Below, in pieces: positions 44,398 to 55,353 of a stretch of 64,000 nucleotides of DNA. A program made the position numbers and the translations under genes. The DNA comes from Patescibacteria group bacterium (GTDB taxonomy: Bacteria; Patescibacteriota; JAUYIX01; JBHPHK01): NCBI GenBank assembly GCA_042569365.1, contig JBHPHK010000001.1:21082-85081 (forward strand). The letters run 5' to 3'. The notes beneath the pieces are model-generated. The model was not told the origin of the DNA. It saw only the letters and a program-made list of their open reading frames with translations, and searched no databases. The first letter of the stretch is position 1, and each line of letters opens with the position of its first letter.

Positions 44398-45375
44398 ATG
44401 GACACTGATCAAATGGAAGTATTGCCTCAGAGATTAAGAAGGGCGGTACTCAAAGCTTTGGCATATTTCGACCTCAACGCCTTCCCGTTGACGCTTTTAG
44501 AATTGCGCCAGGCTTTATACTTTGATCACCTCGAACACATTCCCAATAAGCCAAAATTATCGGAGCTCGAAGACCTCATCAAAAACAATAAAACACTCAA
44601 TAACCTGGTCAGACAGAAGAACGGATTCTATTATCTCAAGGGTAGTGAGCAGAATGTCCCAGAACGGCAACGACGCCACTATCTCAAGCTAGATAAATGG
44701 CGCCAGGCTCTCAAGATCACAAAATGGCTCCGTCATGTTCCATTCCTGGAGATGATCGCCATTTGCAATACTGTGGCCGGGGGAGTGGCGCACACAAAAA
44801 GTGATATCGACTTTTTCTTAATTGCCAGGCCGGGTCGCATCTGGATGGTCAGGCTCGGTGCGATTATCGTCACGTCTCTGATCGGCAAGCGCCGCAGGAA
44901 GAACAAGATCAGCAATCGCGCGTGCCTGAGTTTTATTGTGACGAGCGATGACTTAGATCTCAACAAAATCGCATTAAAACCGCAAGACCCTTATCTTGCA
45001 TACTGGATTACGCAAGTTAGTCCGCTCTGGGGTCAGGCAACATATGATAAATTCTGGCAAGCCAACAAAAAAACATTACAAAATGTGCCGTATGCCAAGC
45101 CGGTTCATCTTGGCCCTCGTTTCCGATCATATTATCAGCATCATTCCTGGCTTAGAGAGTTATTTGAAAAGATCCTCAAAGGGAAATTCGGACAATCCAT
45201 CGAGAAGACACTTTCTCGTTCACAAAAGAAACGCATCACAAAAAGCCAGCAAAAACAAAAGCCAGACAAGCGCGCAAATGTGATCGTCAGCGACAAGATG
45301 CTAAAGTTCCATGAAATAGATCGTCGTCAGCAGTACGTCGATAAACTCCAAAAAAAACTGGATAACTTAATTTAA
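44398..45375 (+). CDS. Hypothetical protein with a possible Pol-beta-like nucleotidyltransferase core
   Basis: The patch GGVAHTKSDIDFFLIARPG resembles the G-[SG]...D-x-D minimal nucleotidyltransferase motif. The remainder is unassigned and the C-terminus is basic. Confidence 0.5.
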   Translation: MDTDQMEVLPQRLRRAVLKALAYFDLNAFPLTLLELRQALYFDHLEHIPNKPKLSELEDLIKNNKTLNNLVRQKNGFYYLKGSEQNVPERQRRHYLKLDKWRQALKITKWLRHVPFLEMIAICNTVAGGVAHTKSDIDFFLIARPGRIWMVRLGAIIVTSLIGKRRRKNKISNRACLSFIVTSDDLDLNKIALKPQDPYLAYWITQVSPLWGQATYDKFWQANKKTLQNVPYAKPVHLGPRFRSYYQHHSWLRELFEKILKGKFGQSIEKTLSRSQKKRITKSQQKQKPDKRANVIVSDKMLKFHEIDRRQQYVDKLQKKLDNLI

Positions 45376-45402
45376 CGGACAGAGCAGAAAAAATAGAAAA
45401 CC

Positions 45403-45431
45403 TTGACATTGTCGGCATTAAGATCTATTAT
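45403..45431 (+). promoter_or_regulatory. Sigma70-type promoter of groES-groEL
   Basis: TTGACA (45403-45408), 17-nt spacer, TATTAT (45426-45431). Confidence 0.6.
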
Positions 45432-45436
45432 GGTCT

Positions 45437-45463
45437 CTAGCACTAAAACAGGAATGTGCTAGC
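45437..45463 (+). promoter_or_regulatory. CIRCE-like HrcA operator
   Basis: CTAGCACTA-N9-TGTGCTAGC compares with the consensus TTAGCACTC-N9-GAGTGCTAA. It sits directly after the -10 box of the groESL promoter. Confidence 0.7.
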
Positions 45464-45527
45464 GAATTAAGGCTAGAAATCGGGTTAGTCCTATTTTTAC
45501 GCCACTTTTATATTACTTACACGAAAT

Positions 45528-45827
45528 ATGACTCCTACAAATCTACAACCATTAAACGACCGCATAGTTGTTAAACCAATCAAAGAAGAGGAAACAACTA
45601 AGAGCGGCATTGTTCTCCCTGATACCGTCGAAGGCGAAAAGCCTGAAAAGGGCAAAGTGATCGCAGTTGGCCCAGGACGCCAGCTTGACAGTGGCCAGCG
45701 TGCAGAGATGCCTATTTACGCTGACGACATAGTTGTGTTTGCAAAATATAGTCCAACCGAAATTAAAATGGATGGAGAAACATACTTCATTCTGGAAGAA
45801 AAAGACATTTTAGCTAAGCTAGCTTAA
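45528..45827 (+). CDS. groES: Co-chaperonin GroES
   Basis: LQPLNDRIVVKP...TKSGIVLPDT...GKVIAVGPGR. The product is 99 aa. Confidence 0.95.
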   Translation: MTPTNLQPLNDRIVVKPIKEEETTKSGIVLPDTVEGEKPEKGKVIAVGPGRQLDSGQRAEMPIYADDIVVFAKYSPTEIKMDGETYFILEEKDILAKLA

Positions 45828-45830
45828 TAA

Positions 45831-47528
<1,698 letters not shown>

Positions 47529-47552
47529 TTTTTCAAATATAAACAAAGAAGT

Positions 47553-47582
47553 GGCGACCGCAAAAAGTCGCCTTTTCTTTTG
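47553..47582 (+). terminator. Rho-independent terminator after groEL
   Basis: GGCGACcgcaaaaaGTCGCCttttctttt. Confidence 0.75.
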
Positions 47583-47723
47583 TCTTGGTTTCTATGACAA
47601 ATTCACTCAACAAAGCCAAAAACAACAGTTTTCCAGTGTATTTTTAGTCCGCAAACCTATATAATTAAGGCAGATTCTAAATTTTTAGAATTTTTGAGAC
47701 TAACTAAAAGGAGGTGAAATTTA

Positions 47724-48407
47724 GTGAATTTTGCTGACGTTACAGTAAACGCATTTACAGACCTTTGGACACGCTTTATCGATTTCTTGCCGACTTTGAT
47801 TATCGCCATTTTGGTGATCGTCATTGGTTGGCTCGTCGCAGTCGGTCTTGGTCTTTTGATAGAACGCCTGTTGAAGCTTCTAAAAATTGACGAAGCTATC
47901 GACAAGCTCGGCTTGGACAGAGTAAGTAAGAAAGTCGGTTTCCGTTTGAAAGTTTCTGCCTTCTTGGGCGGAATCGTAAAATGGTTCTTGATTATCGTCT
48001 TTGTCTTAGCAGCCGCTGACATCTTGCAACTTTCCCAAGTTTCCGGTTTCTTGAACGAGGTATTGCTCTACATTCCAAACATTGTAGTAGCAGTTGTTAT
48101 TCTTGTTGCTGGTTATCTCTTGGGTAGTTTTGTTGCCAACCTCACAAAGGGAAGTGTCCGCTTAGCAAAACTGGGAACAGCCGGCTATGCCGCTACTATT
48201 TCCCGTTGGGCTATTTGGATTTTCGCTTTCCTAGCAGCTTTGATCCAACTTCGCGTTGCTCCAGAACTAATTCAGATCCTCTTCACAGGCTTTATTGCTA
48301 TGCTCGCCATTTCTGGCGGTCTTGCATTTGGTTTGGGAGGAAAAGACTGGGCACAACGCCTACTTGGTAAAGTCGAGGGTGAGATAGAAAAACCACACGA
48401 CGAATAA
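47724..48407 (+). CDS. Conserved-TM-helix repeat membrane protein (MscS-associated TM_helix family); GTG start
   Basis: The RBS AAAGGAGGTG lies upstream of the GTG. Two repeats show the pattern F..FLP.L..A..V...GW..A......V..LL. Confidence 0.65.
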   Translation: MNFADVTVNAFTDLWTRFIDFLPTLIIAILVIVIGWLVAVGLGLLIERLLKLLKIDEAIDKLGLDRVSKKVGFRLKVSAFLGGIVKWFLIIVFVLAAADILQLSQVSGFLNEVLLYIPNIVVAVVILVAGYLLGSFVANLTKGSVRLAKLGTAGYAATISRWAIWIFAFLAALIQLRVAPELIQILFTGFIAMLAISGGLAFGLGGKDWAQRLLGKVEGEIEKPHDE

Positions 48408-48433
48408 GACTTAGAAAATTTTCTAAAACAAAA

Positions 48434-48460
48434 AGCATGCTTATTTTGGCATGTTTTTTG
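48434..48460 (+). terminator. Rho-independent terminator
   Basis: AGCATGCttattttgGCATGTTttttg. Confidence 0.5.
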
Positions 48461-48555
48461 TATGTGGATTGCTTTGGGGAGTTTAATGATTTTTTTAAAT
48501 TTATTTAATGTGCTGTCAGGTACTATGCATTTAGATAATTTAACTAAACAAATTT

Positions 48556-49305
48556 ATGACATCATTACTTAGAGATCCAGATCCAAAATTCAAACAAAAG
48601 CAAAGAGCTTTCTACATAATCAGCTCGCTGATAATTGTTCTGGCGATTGCGATGCTCTACTTTACATGGAGTTATCTTACGCCGACTAGCGCTGACTCTG
48701 CTAACTTTTTCAGAAGCGAGCAAGCTCGGTCCGAGGAATCGACAGAAAGCTTGGCGACCTATAACGATCCGGCTGGGCGCTTCAGTTTTCAGTATGATCC
48801 AGCAAATACAGATCTGCAGCCCGCGTCGATCATAAGAGAGGTAGACCTAGAGTCTGTTTCAGAAGAAATTACCAGTCCAGACTCGTTCACTAAAAGTTTT
48901 CTAGAGCAAGAACGTACGGTATTGCAAAATAATGATCAGGCAGGTCTGCAGTCTCTCTATGGACTTGGACAAAATCCCGATCAAGAGCAAGTGTTCTTGG
49001 AAATTCAGGAGCATACGGATGGTTCAGGAATTTTCTTCAGGCGCTATATAGGCGAAGATCCAGGATATCTATTTAGCTACATATTTTATTCTGGAAACGA
49101 TCGCATCGAGATCTTTAAGCAGATCAGTCTACTGGATATGACCTATATTGCGGACAGTTTCCTTGATGTATATCGAATAGGTCCGCAAGCAGAACGACTT
49201 GATCAGTGGCATGCGCTGATCAATAGCGGAGACGGCGCCACAGAGTCACTATTAGATCTTCAACGATCCTTCGGCGCGATAATAAATACTCTGCAGCAGT
49301 CCTAG
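48556..49305 (+). CDS. Membrane-anchored hypothetical protein, 249 aa
   Basis: A single N-terminal TM helix (AFYIISSLIIVLAIAMLYF) is present. I recognise no family. Confidence 0.6.
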   Translation: MTSLLRDPDPKFKQKQRAFYIISSLIIVLAIAMLYFTWSYLTPTSADSANFFRSEQARSEESTESLATYNDPAGRFSFQYDPANTDLQPASIIREVDLESVSEEITSPDSFTKSFLEQERTVLQNNDQAGLQSLYGLGQNPDQEQVFLEIQEHTDGSGIFFRRYIGEDPGYLFSYIFYSGNDRIEIFKQISLLDMTYIADSFLDVYRIGPQAERLDQWHALINSGDGATESLLDLQRSFGAIINTLQQS

Positions 49306-49328
49306 CATCTTTCAATAGTCTTAACTAA

Positions 49329-49359
49329 ACCATCGGCAAGAAAAGTCGATGGTTTTTTG
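49329..49359 (+). terminator. Rho-independent terminator
   Basis: ACCATCGgcaagaaaagtCGATGGTtttttg. Confidence 0.75.
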
Positions 49360-49399
49360 TTCCTTGTCAATTTAAGCCCCTAAACTTAGGAGAATCGCT

Positions 49400-51325
49400 A
49401 TGCGTAACTCAATTACTTTGTGCGTTGTTCTGTTCATTGGCTGTCTTCTGATGGGATCTCCCGTCTTTGCAGCCTATCCCGAAGCTAACTCTGGATTTCA
49501 GATGCCGATGGTCAACGACCATTACGGCTATGAATTTACAGACTATGCTTACTATTACTCCTGCGGCTACTTGTATCATCCGGGCGTGGACTTGAACGGT
49601 CCAGGCTCGGGAGATTATGATCTGGGCACTCTTCTTCGAGCGATGTCGAACGGCATTGTGGTCGCCGATGGCGACAGCAACAATGATGGCGTTCCAGAAA
49701 GCTATGGCAGCTTAGTGATAGCTTGTCAGTATAAGACTGCAGTCTATTACTGGCGCTTTTTCCACTGTCGAAAGATCTATGTTCAGTCCGGTTCTGTCGT
49801 GACGAAAGGCCAAGTGATTGCCGAGATGGGAAATATCGGAGCATCGAGTAGCCATTTGCATGTCGAAGTGTGTATTGGCGACTACAGCTATGGCCCCGTG
49901 AATGGAAGCTGGCCCTGTTCGGTGCTGACCAACGAAAATTTGGTCGAGTACTACTACCGTGATCCAGTTTCTTTTGTGGCTAGCCACGGACCGTATGTTT
50001 CCGACACCTCAACGAGTACATTGGAATGGAACTATTCCAGTAGCCGAGAAGATTGGAGTGCCAGTGGTAGTTTCACTGACCGAGGCGTGATCGGCGGCGT
50101 GTGGTATCTGATCGCGAATGGACCAGACCCGTATGTTGCCAGTCCTTTCTTGCTTGAGGCTGATCGTGGGGACTATCTCGTCATTCGGGCGATGCTGCGC
50201 GGATCATACTTCGATGTTTATGTTGACACTGATAAAACCAGTGGCTTCACCAGCGCTCTTTATGAACGCTATAAAACATTGAACGGAGGTCTGTGGGCGG
50301 TCTACACGATTCCGCTTGCAGATATCGTACCTGAAGGCCATAAGCCCGAACGAATCAGAATAGATTCGCAAGGGTCGACTGGCCTGCAGAACGGATTCGA
50401 CTACATCTACTTGCGTGATGAATGTCCTCTCGAAACAAACTTCGGAAGCCTTCCGATTTCGTTGATGGCCAATAGCGCTAGTGAGGACTATGGATTGTCA
50501 TACGGCAACTGGAAGTTGCAGGTGACTGGTTCAGATCCGTACATCTATTCGTCTCAATTTTCAGGATACGCTACGGCGGATCCCGAGAAAGATGCCTTTC
50601 TGATTTTCAGAGCCAGACTGGACGCGGATTTCTATGAAATCTTTCCTCAGACGAATAAATTCGGATCGTTCTCTCCAGAGCGACGTTATCGCGGACCGGT
50701 TGTAAATCCGGATGGCTGGGCCTGGTATACGCAGCCACTGAGTCGGCTGGTTCCTGATGACGAGATCCTGACCAGGTATCGTATCGACTACTCCAACCGT
50801 TTCAATTCGATTAACTATTTTGACACGATCTACATCTCTGATAGCTCGCCTTTCTTTGTGCGCTACGGGATAGATGATTGGTCGGAATTTTGTTCATCGA
50901 ATGCGGATTTGAGCTATGTCAACACGGTGGATGGAAGCTACGTCGCTTTCCGGAGCACAGGTCCTGAGCCGGAAGTAGAGTTTAGGCAGTTCACAGCCGC
51001 GGCCGGTGAATACGGAAAAATCCGTGTCTACATAAGGTCCAGCGGCAGTGGTCACGGTACGGTGTACTTCCAGACTGCGAGCGAGCCCTTCTACACAAGC
51101 CTGAAAAGCCAGGATTATTACATCCCGGCTGACGGACAGTGGCACGAGTTTGAGCTTGATTTTCGCAATAACAAGCGATGGCAAGGAACAATCACCAAGC
51201 TCAAAGTTGCGTTGACTGACCGGACAGGTTTGGACGTCCATTTGAAGGAAATCGGCCTTCTGTATGCGCCGGAGCGCATCGCTATCGATCAAAGACCGAC
51301 TCCTGTCCTGAAAATCCAAAGATAA
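49400..51325 (+). CDS. Secreted M23/LytM-family metallopeptidase with three C-terminal tandem domains of about 135 aa
   Basis: A signal peptide (LCVVLFIGCLLMGSPVFA) and the zinc ligand motifs HPGVDL (HxxxD) and SSHLHVEV (HxH) are present. Three repeats follow, each containing a G.DPY..S...... block. Confidence 0.8.
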   Translation: MRNSITLCVVLFIGCLLMGSPVFAAYPEANSGFQMPMVNDHYGYEFTDYAYYYSCGYLYHPGVDLNGPGSGDYDLGTLLRAMSNGIVVADGDSNNDGVPESYGSLVIACQYKTAVYYWRFFHCRKIYVQSGSVVTKGQVIAEMGNIGASSSHLHVEVCIGDYSYGPVNGSWPCSVLTNENLVEYYYRDPVSFVASHGPYVSDTSTSTLEWNYSSSREDWSASGSFTDRGVIGGVWYLIANGPDPYVASPFLLEADRGDYLVIRAMLRGSYFDVYVDTDKTSGFTSALYERYKTLNGGLWAVYTIPLADIVPEGHKPERIRIDSQGSTGLQNGFDYIYLRDECPLETNFGSLPISLMANSASEDYGLSYGNWKLQVTGSDPYIYSSQFSGYATADPEKDAFLIFRARLDADFYEIFPQTNKFGSFSPERRYRGPVVNPDGWAWYTQPLSRLVPDDEILTRYRIDYSNRFNSINYFDTIYISDSSPFFVRYGIDDWSEFCSSNADLSYVNTVDGSYVAFRSTGPEPEVEFRQFTAAAGEYGKIRVYIRSSGSGHGTVYFQTASEPFYTSLKSQDYYIPADGQWHEFELDFRNNKRWQGTITKLKVALTDRTGLDVHLKEIGLLYAPERIAIDQRPTPVLKIQR

Positions 51326-51339
51326 TCCTATCTTTAAAA

Positions 51340-51369
51340 AGCCGTCTATATCTCATAGGCGGCTTTTTC
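51340..51369 (+). terminator. Rho-independent terminator
   Basis: AGCCGTCTATatctcATAGGCGGCTtttt. Confidence 0.7.
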
Positions 51370-51420
51370 TTCCAATAAACGCAAGATTACGGCATAATAA
51401 AACAGTAAACCAATGTAAAT

Positions 51421-52860
51421 ATGCCAACCCTACTTCCTCAAAGGACAAAGATAGTCTGCACGATCGGACCAGCCGTAAAAACCAAAACTAAACTCAATGA
51501 GCTTATGCAAGCCGGCATGGATATGGCCCGCTTGAATTTTTCACACGGTACGCACGCCGAGCATAAGAGGTTCTTGAAAATTTTAAGAGATCTAGCAAAA
51601 GAACGAAAACAGCCAATTGCTATTTTGCAGGATCTTCAAGGGCCTAAGATTCGCGTCGGCGACTTGCCTGAAGGAGGCGTTCAGCTCAAGAACAATGAAG
51701 AGGTTATTTTTACAGTCAACAAAAAAGACAGCTACGCTAAAACCAAAAAAATTCCTGTCGATTACGCGGCGCTCGCCAAAGATGTCAAAAAAGGCGATGC
51801 CATTTTGCTGAACGACGGACTGTTTGAGACAAAAGTTGTCAGTGTCACAGGCGATGATATTAAGGTGAAGGTCATTGAGGGTGGCAAGCTCACTTCGCAC
51901 AAGGGTGTCAATGTACCGACCGCCAACCTTACAGTCAAGGCGCTTACAGCTAAAGACAAAAAAGATCTCCTGTTTGGTCTGAAAAACGATGTCGATTATA
52001 TCGGCTTGTCTTTTGTGCGCACTCCGCAAGACGTGAAAGATTTACGCAAACTTATTGATAAACACAAACCTACAAATACAATTGCACCAAAGATTATCGC
52101 AAAAATCGAGCGTGCTGAGGCTTTGAAAAATATTGACACTATCATAGAAGAAGTAGATGGTGTGATGGTTGCGCGTGGAGACTTGGGAGTCGAAACTTCG
52201 CTGGCCGAAGTCCCTCTTCACCAAAAAATGATCATCCGGAAAGCGCGCCTAGCTCACAAGCCTGTCATCGTCGCGACTCAGATGCTTGCCTCAATGGAAG
52301 ATCATCCTCGACCGACACGTGCCGAAGTTTCTGACGTGGCCAATGCTGTGATTGATCATGCGGACGCGACTATGCTTTCAGGAGAATCAGCTACAGGCAA
52401 ATATCCGATCAAGACTGTCCAGACAATGGCAAATATCATCAAACAAACTGAAGACTCACCATTTGATAACCTAGAAACAATAGCCTCGACCAGAGTCTTA
52501 CATGAGTCAGCCTCACTGGCAGTTCTGGCAACCCAGCTAACCAAGACAGAAGATATAGCGGCGATAGTTGTTGCTACCCAGAGCGGTTTTTCGGCGAGAG
52601 CAATAGCGTCCAATAGACCAGAGCTTCCGATCATCGCCCTAACTCCCCATCAGCGCATAGCCAATCAACTTCAACTCTCATGGGGTGTTTATCCTGTCGT
52701 GATAGATTTCATTGGCTCCAAGCGACGACTACTAGACCATCTTCTTAAAGAGATTCGTACGCGCAAATTAGTAGTGCCGGGACGCAAAGTAGTCTTAGTG
52801 GGCGGACTTGACGAACCATTAGGAGATTGGCAAAAAATTATTCGCATTGAACAAATATAA
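51421..52860 (+). CDS. pyk: Pyruvate kinase
   Basis: KIVCTIGPA, ARLNFSHG, MVARGDLGVE and ATQMLASM are present. The product is 479 aa. Confidence 0.95.
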   Translation: MPTLLPQRTKIVCTIGPAVKTKTKLNELMQAGMDMARLNFSHGTHAEHKRFLKILRDLAKERKQPIAILQDLQGPKIRVGDLPEGGVQLKNNEEVIFTVNKKDSYAKTKKIPVDYAALAKDVKKGDAILLNDGLFETKVVSVTGDDIKVKVIEGGKLTSHKGVNVPTANLTVKALTAKDKKDLLFGLKNDVDYIGLSFVRTPQDVKDLRKLIDKHKPTNTIAPKIIAKIERAEALKNIDTIIEEVDGVMVARGDLGVETSLAEVPLHQKMIIRKARLAHKPVIVATQMLASMEDHPRPTRAEVSDVANAVIDHADATMLSGESATGKYPIKTVQTMANIIKQTEDSPFDNLETIASTRVLHESASLAVLATQLTKTEDIAAIVVATQSGFSARAIASNRPELPIIALTPHQRIANQLQLSWGVYPVVIDFIGSKRRLLDHLLKEIRTRKLVVPGRKVVLVGGLDEPLGDWQKIIRIEQI

Positions 52861-52863
52861 ATT

Positions 52864-53139
52864 ATGAACGCAATATCATCTATGGGAATGGCTTTAGTAA
52901 TAATCGTTAGCCTTCTCTTCATAATAAGCTTTCTTGCTCTCGCGTTTTGGATCTGGATGATCGTGGACGCAGCTTCTCGCACAAACTTTTCGTCAGACGG
53001 CGAAAAAATAGCCTGGGTCCTGATCATTATTTTCCTGAGCCTTTTTGGTGCGGCTGTTTATTTCTTTGCCGGCTATCTTCGGCTTGAAGGTAGTAAGTCA
53101 GCACCAACTAAGAAGAAGTCCGCGAAGCGCAAAAAATAA
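52864..53139 (+). CDS. PLDc_N-domain small membrane protein
   Basis: Two TM helices carry WIWMIVDAASR...KIAWVLIIIFLSLFGAAVYFF, typical of the cardiolipin-synthase N-terminal domain family. Confidence 0.65.
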   Translation: MNAISSMGMALVIIVSLLFIISFLALAFWIWMIVDAASRTNFSSDGEKIAWVLIIIFLSLFGAAVYFFAGYLRLEGSKSAPTKKKSAKRKK

Positions 53140-53140
53140 G

Positions 53141-53168
53141 TTGCGTTATCTAAGAATATCGCTATACT
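53141..53168 (+). promoter_or_regulatory. Promoter upstream of tRNA-Ser
   Basis: TTGCGT (53141-53146), 16-nt spacer, TATACT (53163-53168). It lies 12 nt before the tRNA 5-prime end. Confidence 0.45.
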
Positions 53169-53179
53169 AATAAATTCGC

Positions 53180-53269
53180 GGAGAGGTGGCCGAGCGGTCG
53201 AAGGCGCACGCTTGGAAAGCGTGTAAACCCTCACGGGTTTCGCGGGTTCGAATCCCGCTCTCTCCGCCA
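53180..53269 (+). tRNA. tRNA-Ser (anticodon GGA), CCA encoded
   Basis: I folded this by hand. The acceptor stem is GGAGAGG/TCTCTCC and the D-arm is GCCGAGCGGTCGAAGGC. The anticodon stem CACGC/GCGTG carries loop TTGGAAA. A long variable arm, the T-arm GCGGGTTCGAATCCCGC and a terminal GCCA complete the fold. Confidence 0.93.
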
Positions 53270-53294
53270 TTTATGTGCATATCAAAACTTCTTT

Positions 53295-53987
53295 ATGCAA
53301 ACGCCAGCTGAAAAATATCTAATAGATAAAGTTGTAGAGCTGTCCAAAGAAAAGGGCGGAGATTTTAGCAATCTGCAAATGCTCAATGTGGGCGCTGGCA
53401 AAAGTCTTGTCTTGGAGAAGGGCATACAGGCAGGATTAAATAGTACAGAGTTCACTTTCGATCGCATGGATGTGATTGACTGCCAGGTTGATCATCCAGG
53501 TGCGGGCGAGTGTTTTATTGCATCTGCAGAATCTATGCCGGCAATAGAGTCAGGCAAATATGAAGTTGCCTATGCTAATTATGTCTTAGAGCATGTCGAA
53601 AAACTAGATGCGGCTGCGTCAGAAATTGCCCGCGTTTTGAAGTCGGACGGATATTTCATAACATCTCTACCAAATCCAAGAGCGCCTGAATTCGTTTTAT
53701 CAAAATACACACCGACCAAGTTTCACCAAGCTATCAAAGGAGAAGGCGAGGGAAGTCATGCACACGAAACGCACTACGCCTATAAAAATATCAAAGAATT
53801 TGTCACAGTTTTCGAAAAGTACTTCACGACAGTCGAAGTGAAGCTCTGGTCGTTTACTTACGGCTACTTGCACAGATTCCCAGTCATTAAATACATCAGC
53901 AAGGCTTATGATGCCACGGTTAATTTCTTGCGTATCAAACCGTTGATGGGAAACGTTTGTCTAATTTTTAAAAAAACCTCAACTTAA
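53295..53987 (+). CDS. Class I SAM-dependent methyltransferase
   Basis: Motif I (MLNVGAGKS) and a Methyltransf_11-like core (YEVAYANYVLEHVEKLDAAASEIARVLKSDGYF) are present. Confidence 0.8.
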   Translation: MQTPAEKYLIDKVVELSKEKGGDFSNLQMLNVGAGKSLVLEKGIQAGLNSTEFTFDRMDVIDCQVDHPGAGECFIASAESMPAIESGKYEVAYANYVLEHVEKLDAAASEIARVLKSDGYFITSLPNPRAPEFVLSKYTPTKFHQAIKGEGEGSHAHETHYAYKNIKEFVTVFEKYFTTVEVKLWSFTYGYLHRFPVIKYISKAYDATVNFLRIKPLMGNVCLIFKKTST

Positions 53988-54007
53988 AGCATTAATAATT
54001 AAAAAAA

Positions 54008-54493
54008 ATGAACGACCAACCAATTAAACACACCGGCTGCTGCGATCCCTTTGATCCCAAGCCCTGGCAAGATCAAGAAATAAATTGGCAAGACAAGATC
54101 TTCGTCAAAGACAGTGTGAAGAGTGTCATGCATATGCCAGTCAATATGGGCAAGGTGATCATCAAAAATATGGAGCTAATCGAAAAGGCGGACGCAAAAG
54201 CGCCATACCAACTCATGCTCACAGACGAGAAATCAGCCTGGGGCTCAGATATTTATATCGATGTCGCAAAAGACGTGCCAGGTGCACAGATGACGACTTT
54301 ATCAGGAACATTTCTTACCAAGGTTTTTGAAGGACCGTATAAAAACGCTGGAGAGTGGGCCAAAGAAATGAAGGAATACGTTGAAGACAAAGGCAAGCAA
54401 ATAAAGAAGCTTTATTTCTCATATACTACCTGCCCGGCTTGCGCTAAAGCATACGGAAAAAACTACGTAGTCTTATTCGCACAAATAGATTAA
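54008..54493 (+). CDS. Conserved hypothetical protein with Cys pairs at both ends
   Basis: The product is 161 aa, with an N-terminal GCCDPFDPKPW and a C-terminal TTCPACAKAYGKNY. I recall a similar family, but its function is unknown to me. Confidence 0.55.
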   Translation: MNDQPIKHTGCCDPFDPKPWQDQEINWQDKIFVKDSVKSVMHMPVNMGKVIIKNMELIEKADAKAPYQLMLTDEKSAWGSDIYIDVAKDVPGAQMTTLSGTFLTKVFEGPYKNAGEWAKEMKEYVEDKGKQIKKLYFSYTTCPACAKAYGKNYVVLFAQID

Positions 54494-54497
54494 ACGG

Positions 54498-54881
54498 ATG
54501 AGTAGCGAAAAAAGTAAACCTAAAAACCACATAGTCTCAATTGATTTTGATGGCGTCCTGTCTCAGTACAAAGGCTGGCAAGGTGATGAAATTATCGATG
54601 AGCCTATTGAAGGCGCAAAGGAATTTCTCCAGAAACTAATTGACTCTGGTTATACGCCGGTTGTTTTTACCGTACGCGACGCTCTGTATGTCCAAGAGTG
54701 GCTGAAAAAGTTTGATTTCCCTGAACTAGAAGTGACCAACCAGAAAATTCCTTCATTAGTCTATATTGATGACCGCTGCATCAAATTTGAAGGCGATTAT
54801 GAAAAGCTAACGCAAGATCTCAAAAACTTTGAGATTTACTGGAAAGAAGAAGGCAGTAAATTATTCAAAAATTTAAAATAA
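54498..54881 (+). CDS. Small HAD-superfamily phosphatase-like protein
   Basis: The HAD motif I is IVSIDFDGVL (DxDG[VT]). A late acidic motif, YIDDR, is present. The product is 127 aa and capless. Confidence 0.5.
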   Translation: MSSEKSKPKNHIVSIDFDGVLSQYKGWQGDEIIDEPIEGAKEFLQKLIDSGYTPVVFTVRDALYVQEWLKKFDFPELEVTNQKIPSLVYIDDRCIKFEGDYEKLTQDLKNFEIYWKEEGSKLFKNLK

Positions 54882-54882
54882 T

Positions 54883-55353
54883 ATGACAAATATAGAAATA
54901 ATCGAGCACAAAAACCACAAATTCATGTTCATAGATGATTATCTTTGGATGTGGGACTTGCCACACGAACAAGAGTTGCAGCAGGATGTTGCTGATCAAG
55001 CTTATGGAGACGTCTTGGTGGCAGGCTATGGGTTTGGAATAGTGACTAAATTAGCCCTTGATAATCCCCAGGTTAAATCAGTAACAACAGTCGAAAAATA
55101 TCCAGAGGTGATCGATAAGATGAAAGAATTCGGCCCTATTCACGGAGAAATTATTATTTCGGATTTCTTTGATATCCCCGAAGACAAAAAATACGACTGT
55201 GTGATCGGAGACATATGGGCCGAGATCGATTCAAAATACTTTGAGGAGTATAAAAGATATAAGGCAAAATCCCAAAGACTTCTCAAAAAAGATGGCCAAA
55301 TATTGGCCTGGGGCAAGGATTATTTCGAGTATTTATTAGAAAAGAATGGATAA
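54883..55353 (+). CDS. Rossmann-fold methyltransferase-like protein
   Basis: A Gly-rich loop (VLVAGYGFGIVT), an acidic residue at the end of beta-2 (VTTVEKY) and VIGDIW are present. The product is 156 aa. Confidence 0.45.
   Translation: MTNIEIIEHKNHKFMFIDDYLWMWDLPHEQELQQDVADQAYGDVLVAGYGFGIVTKLALDNPQVKSVTTVEKYPEVIDKMKEFGPIHGEIIISDFFDIPEDKKYDCVIGDIWAEIDSKYFEEYKRYKAKSQRLLKKDGQILAWGKDYFEYLLEKNG

Noticed and set aside
47674-47691. A palindrome, ATTCTAAAttTTTAGAAT, between a weak promoter and the RBS of the 47724 gene.
   Set aside because: It is made only of A and T, is a single occurrence and has no associated regulator gene. It could be chance in an AT-rich spacer.
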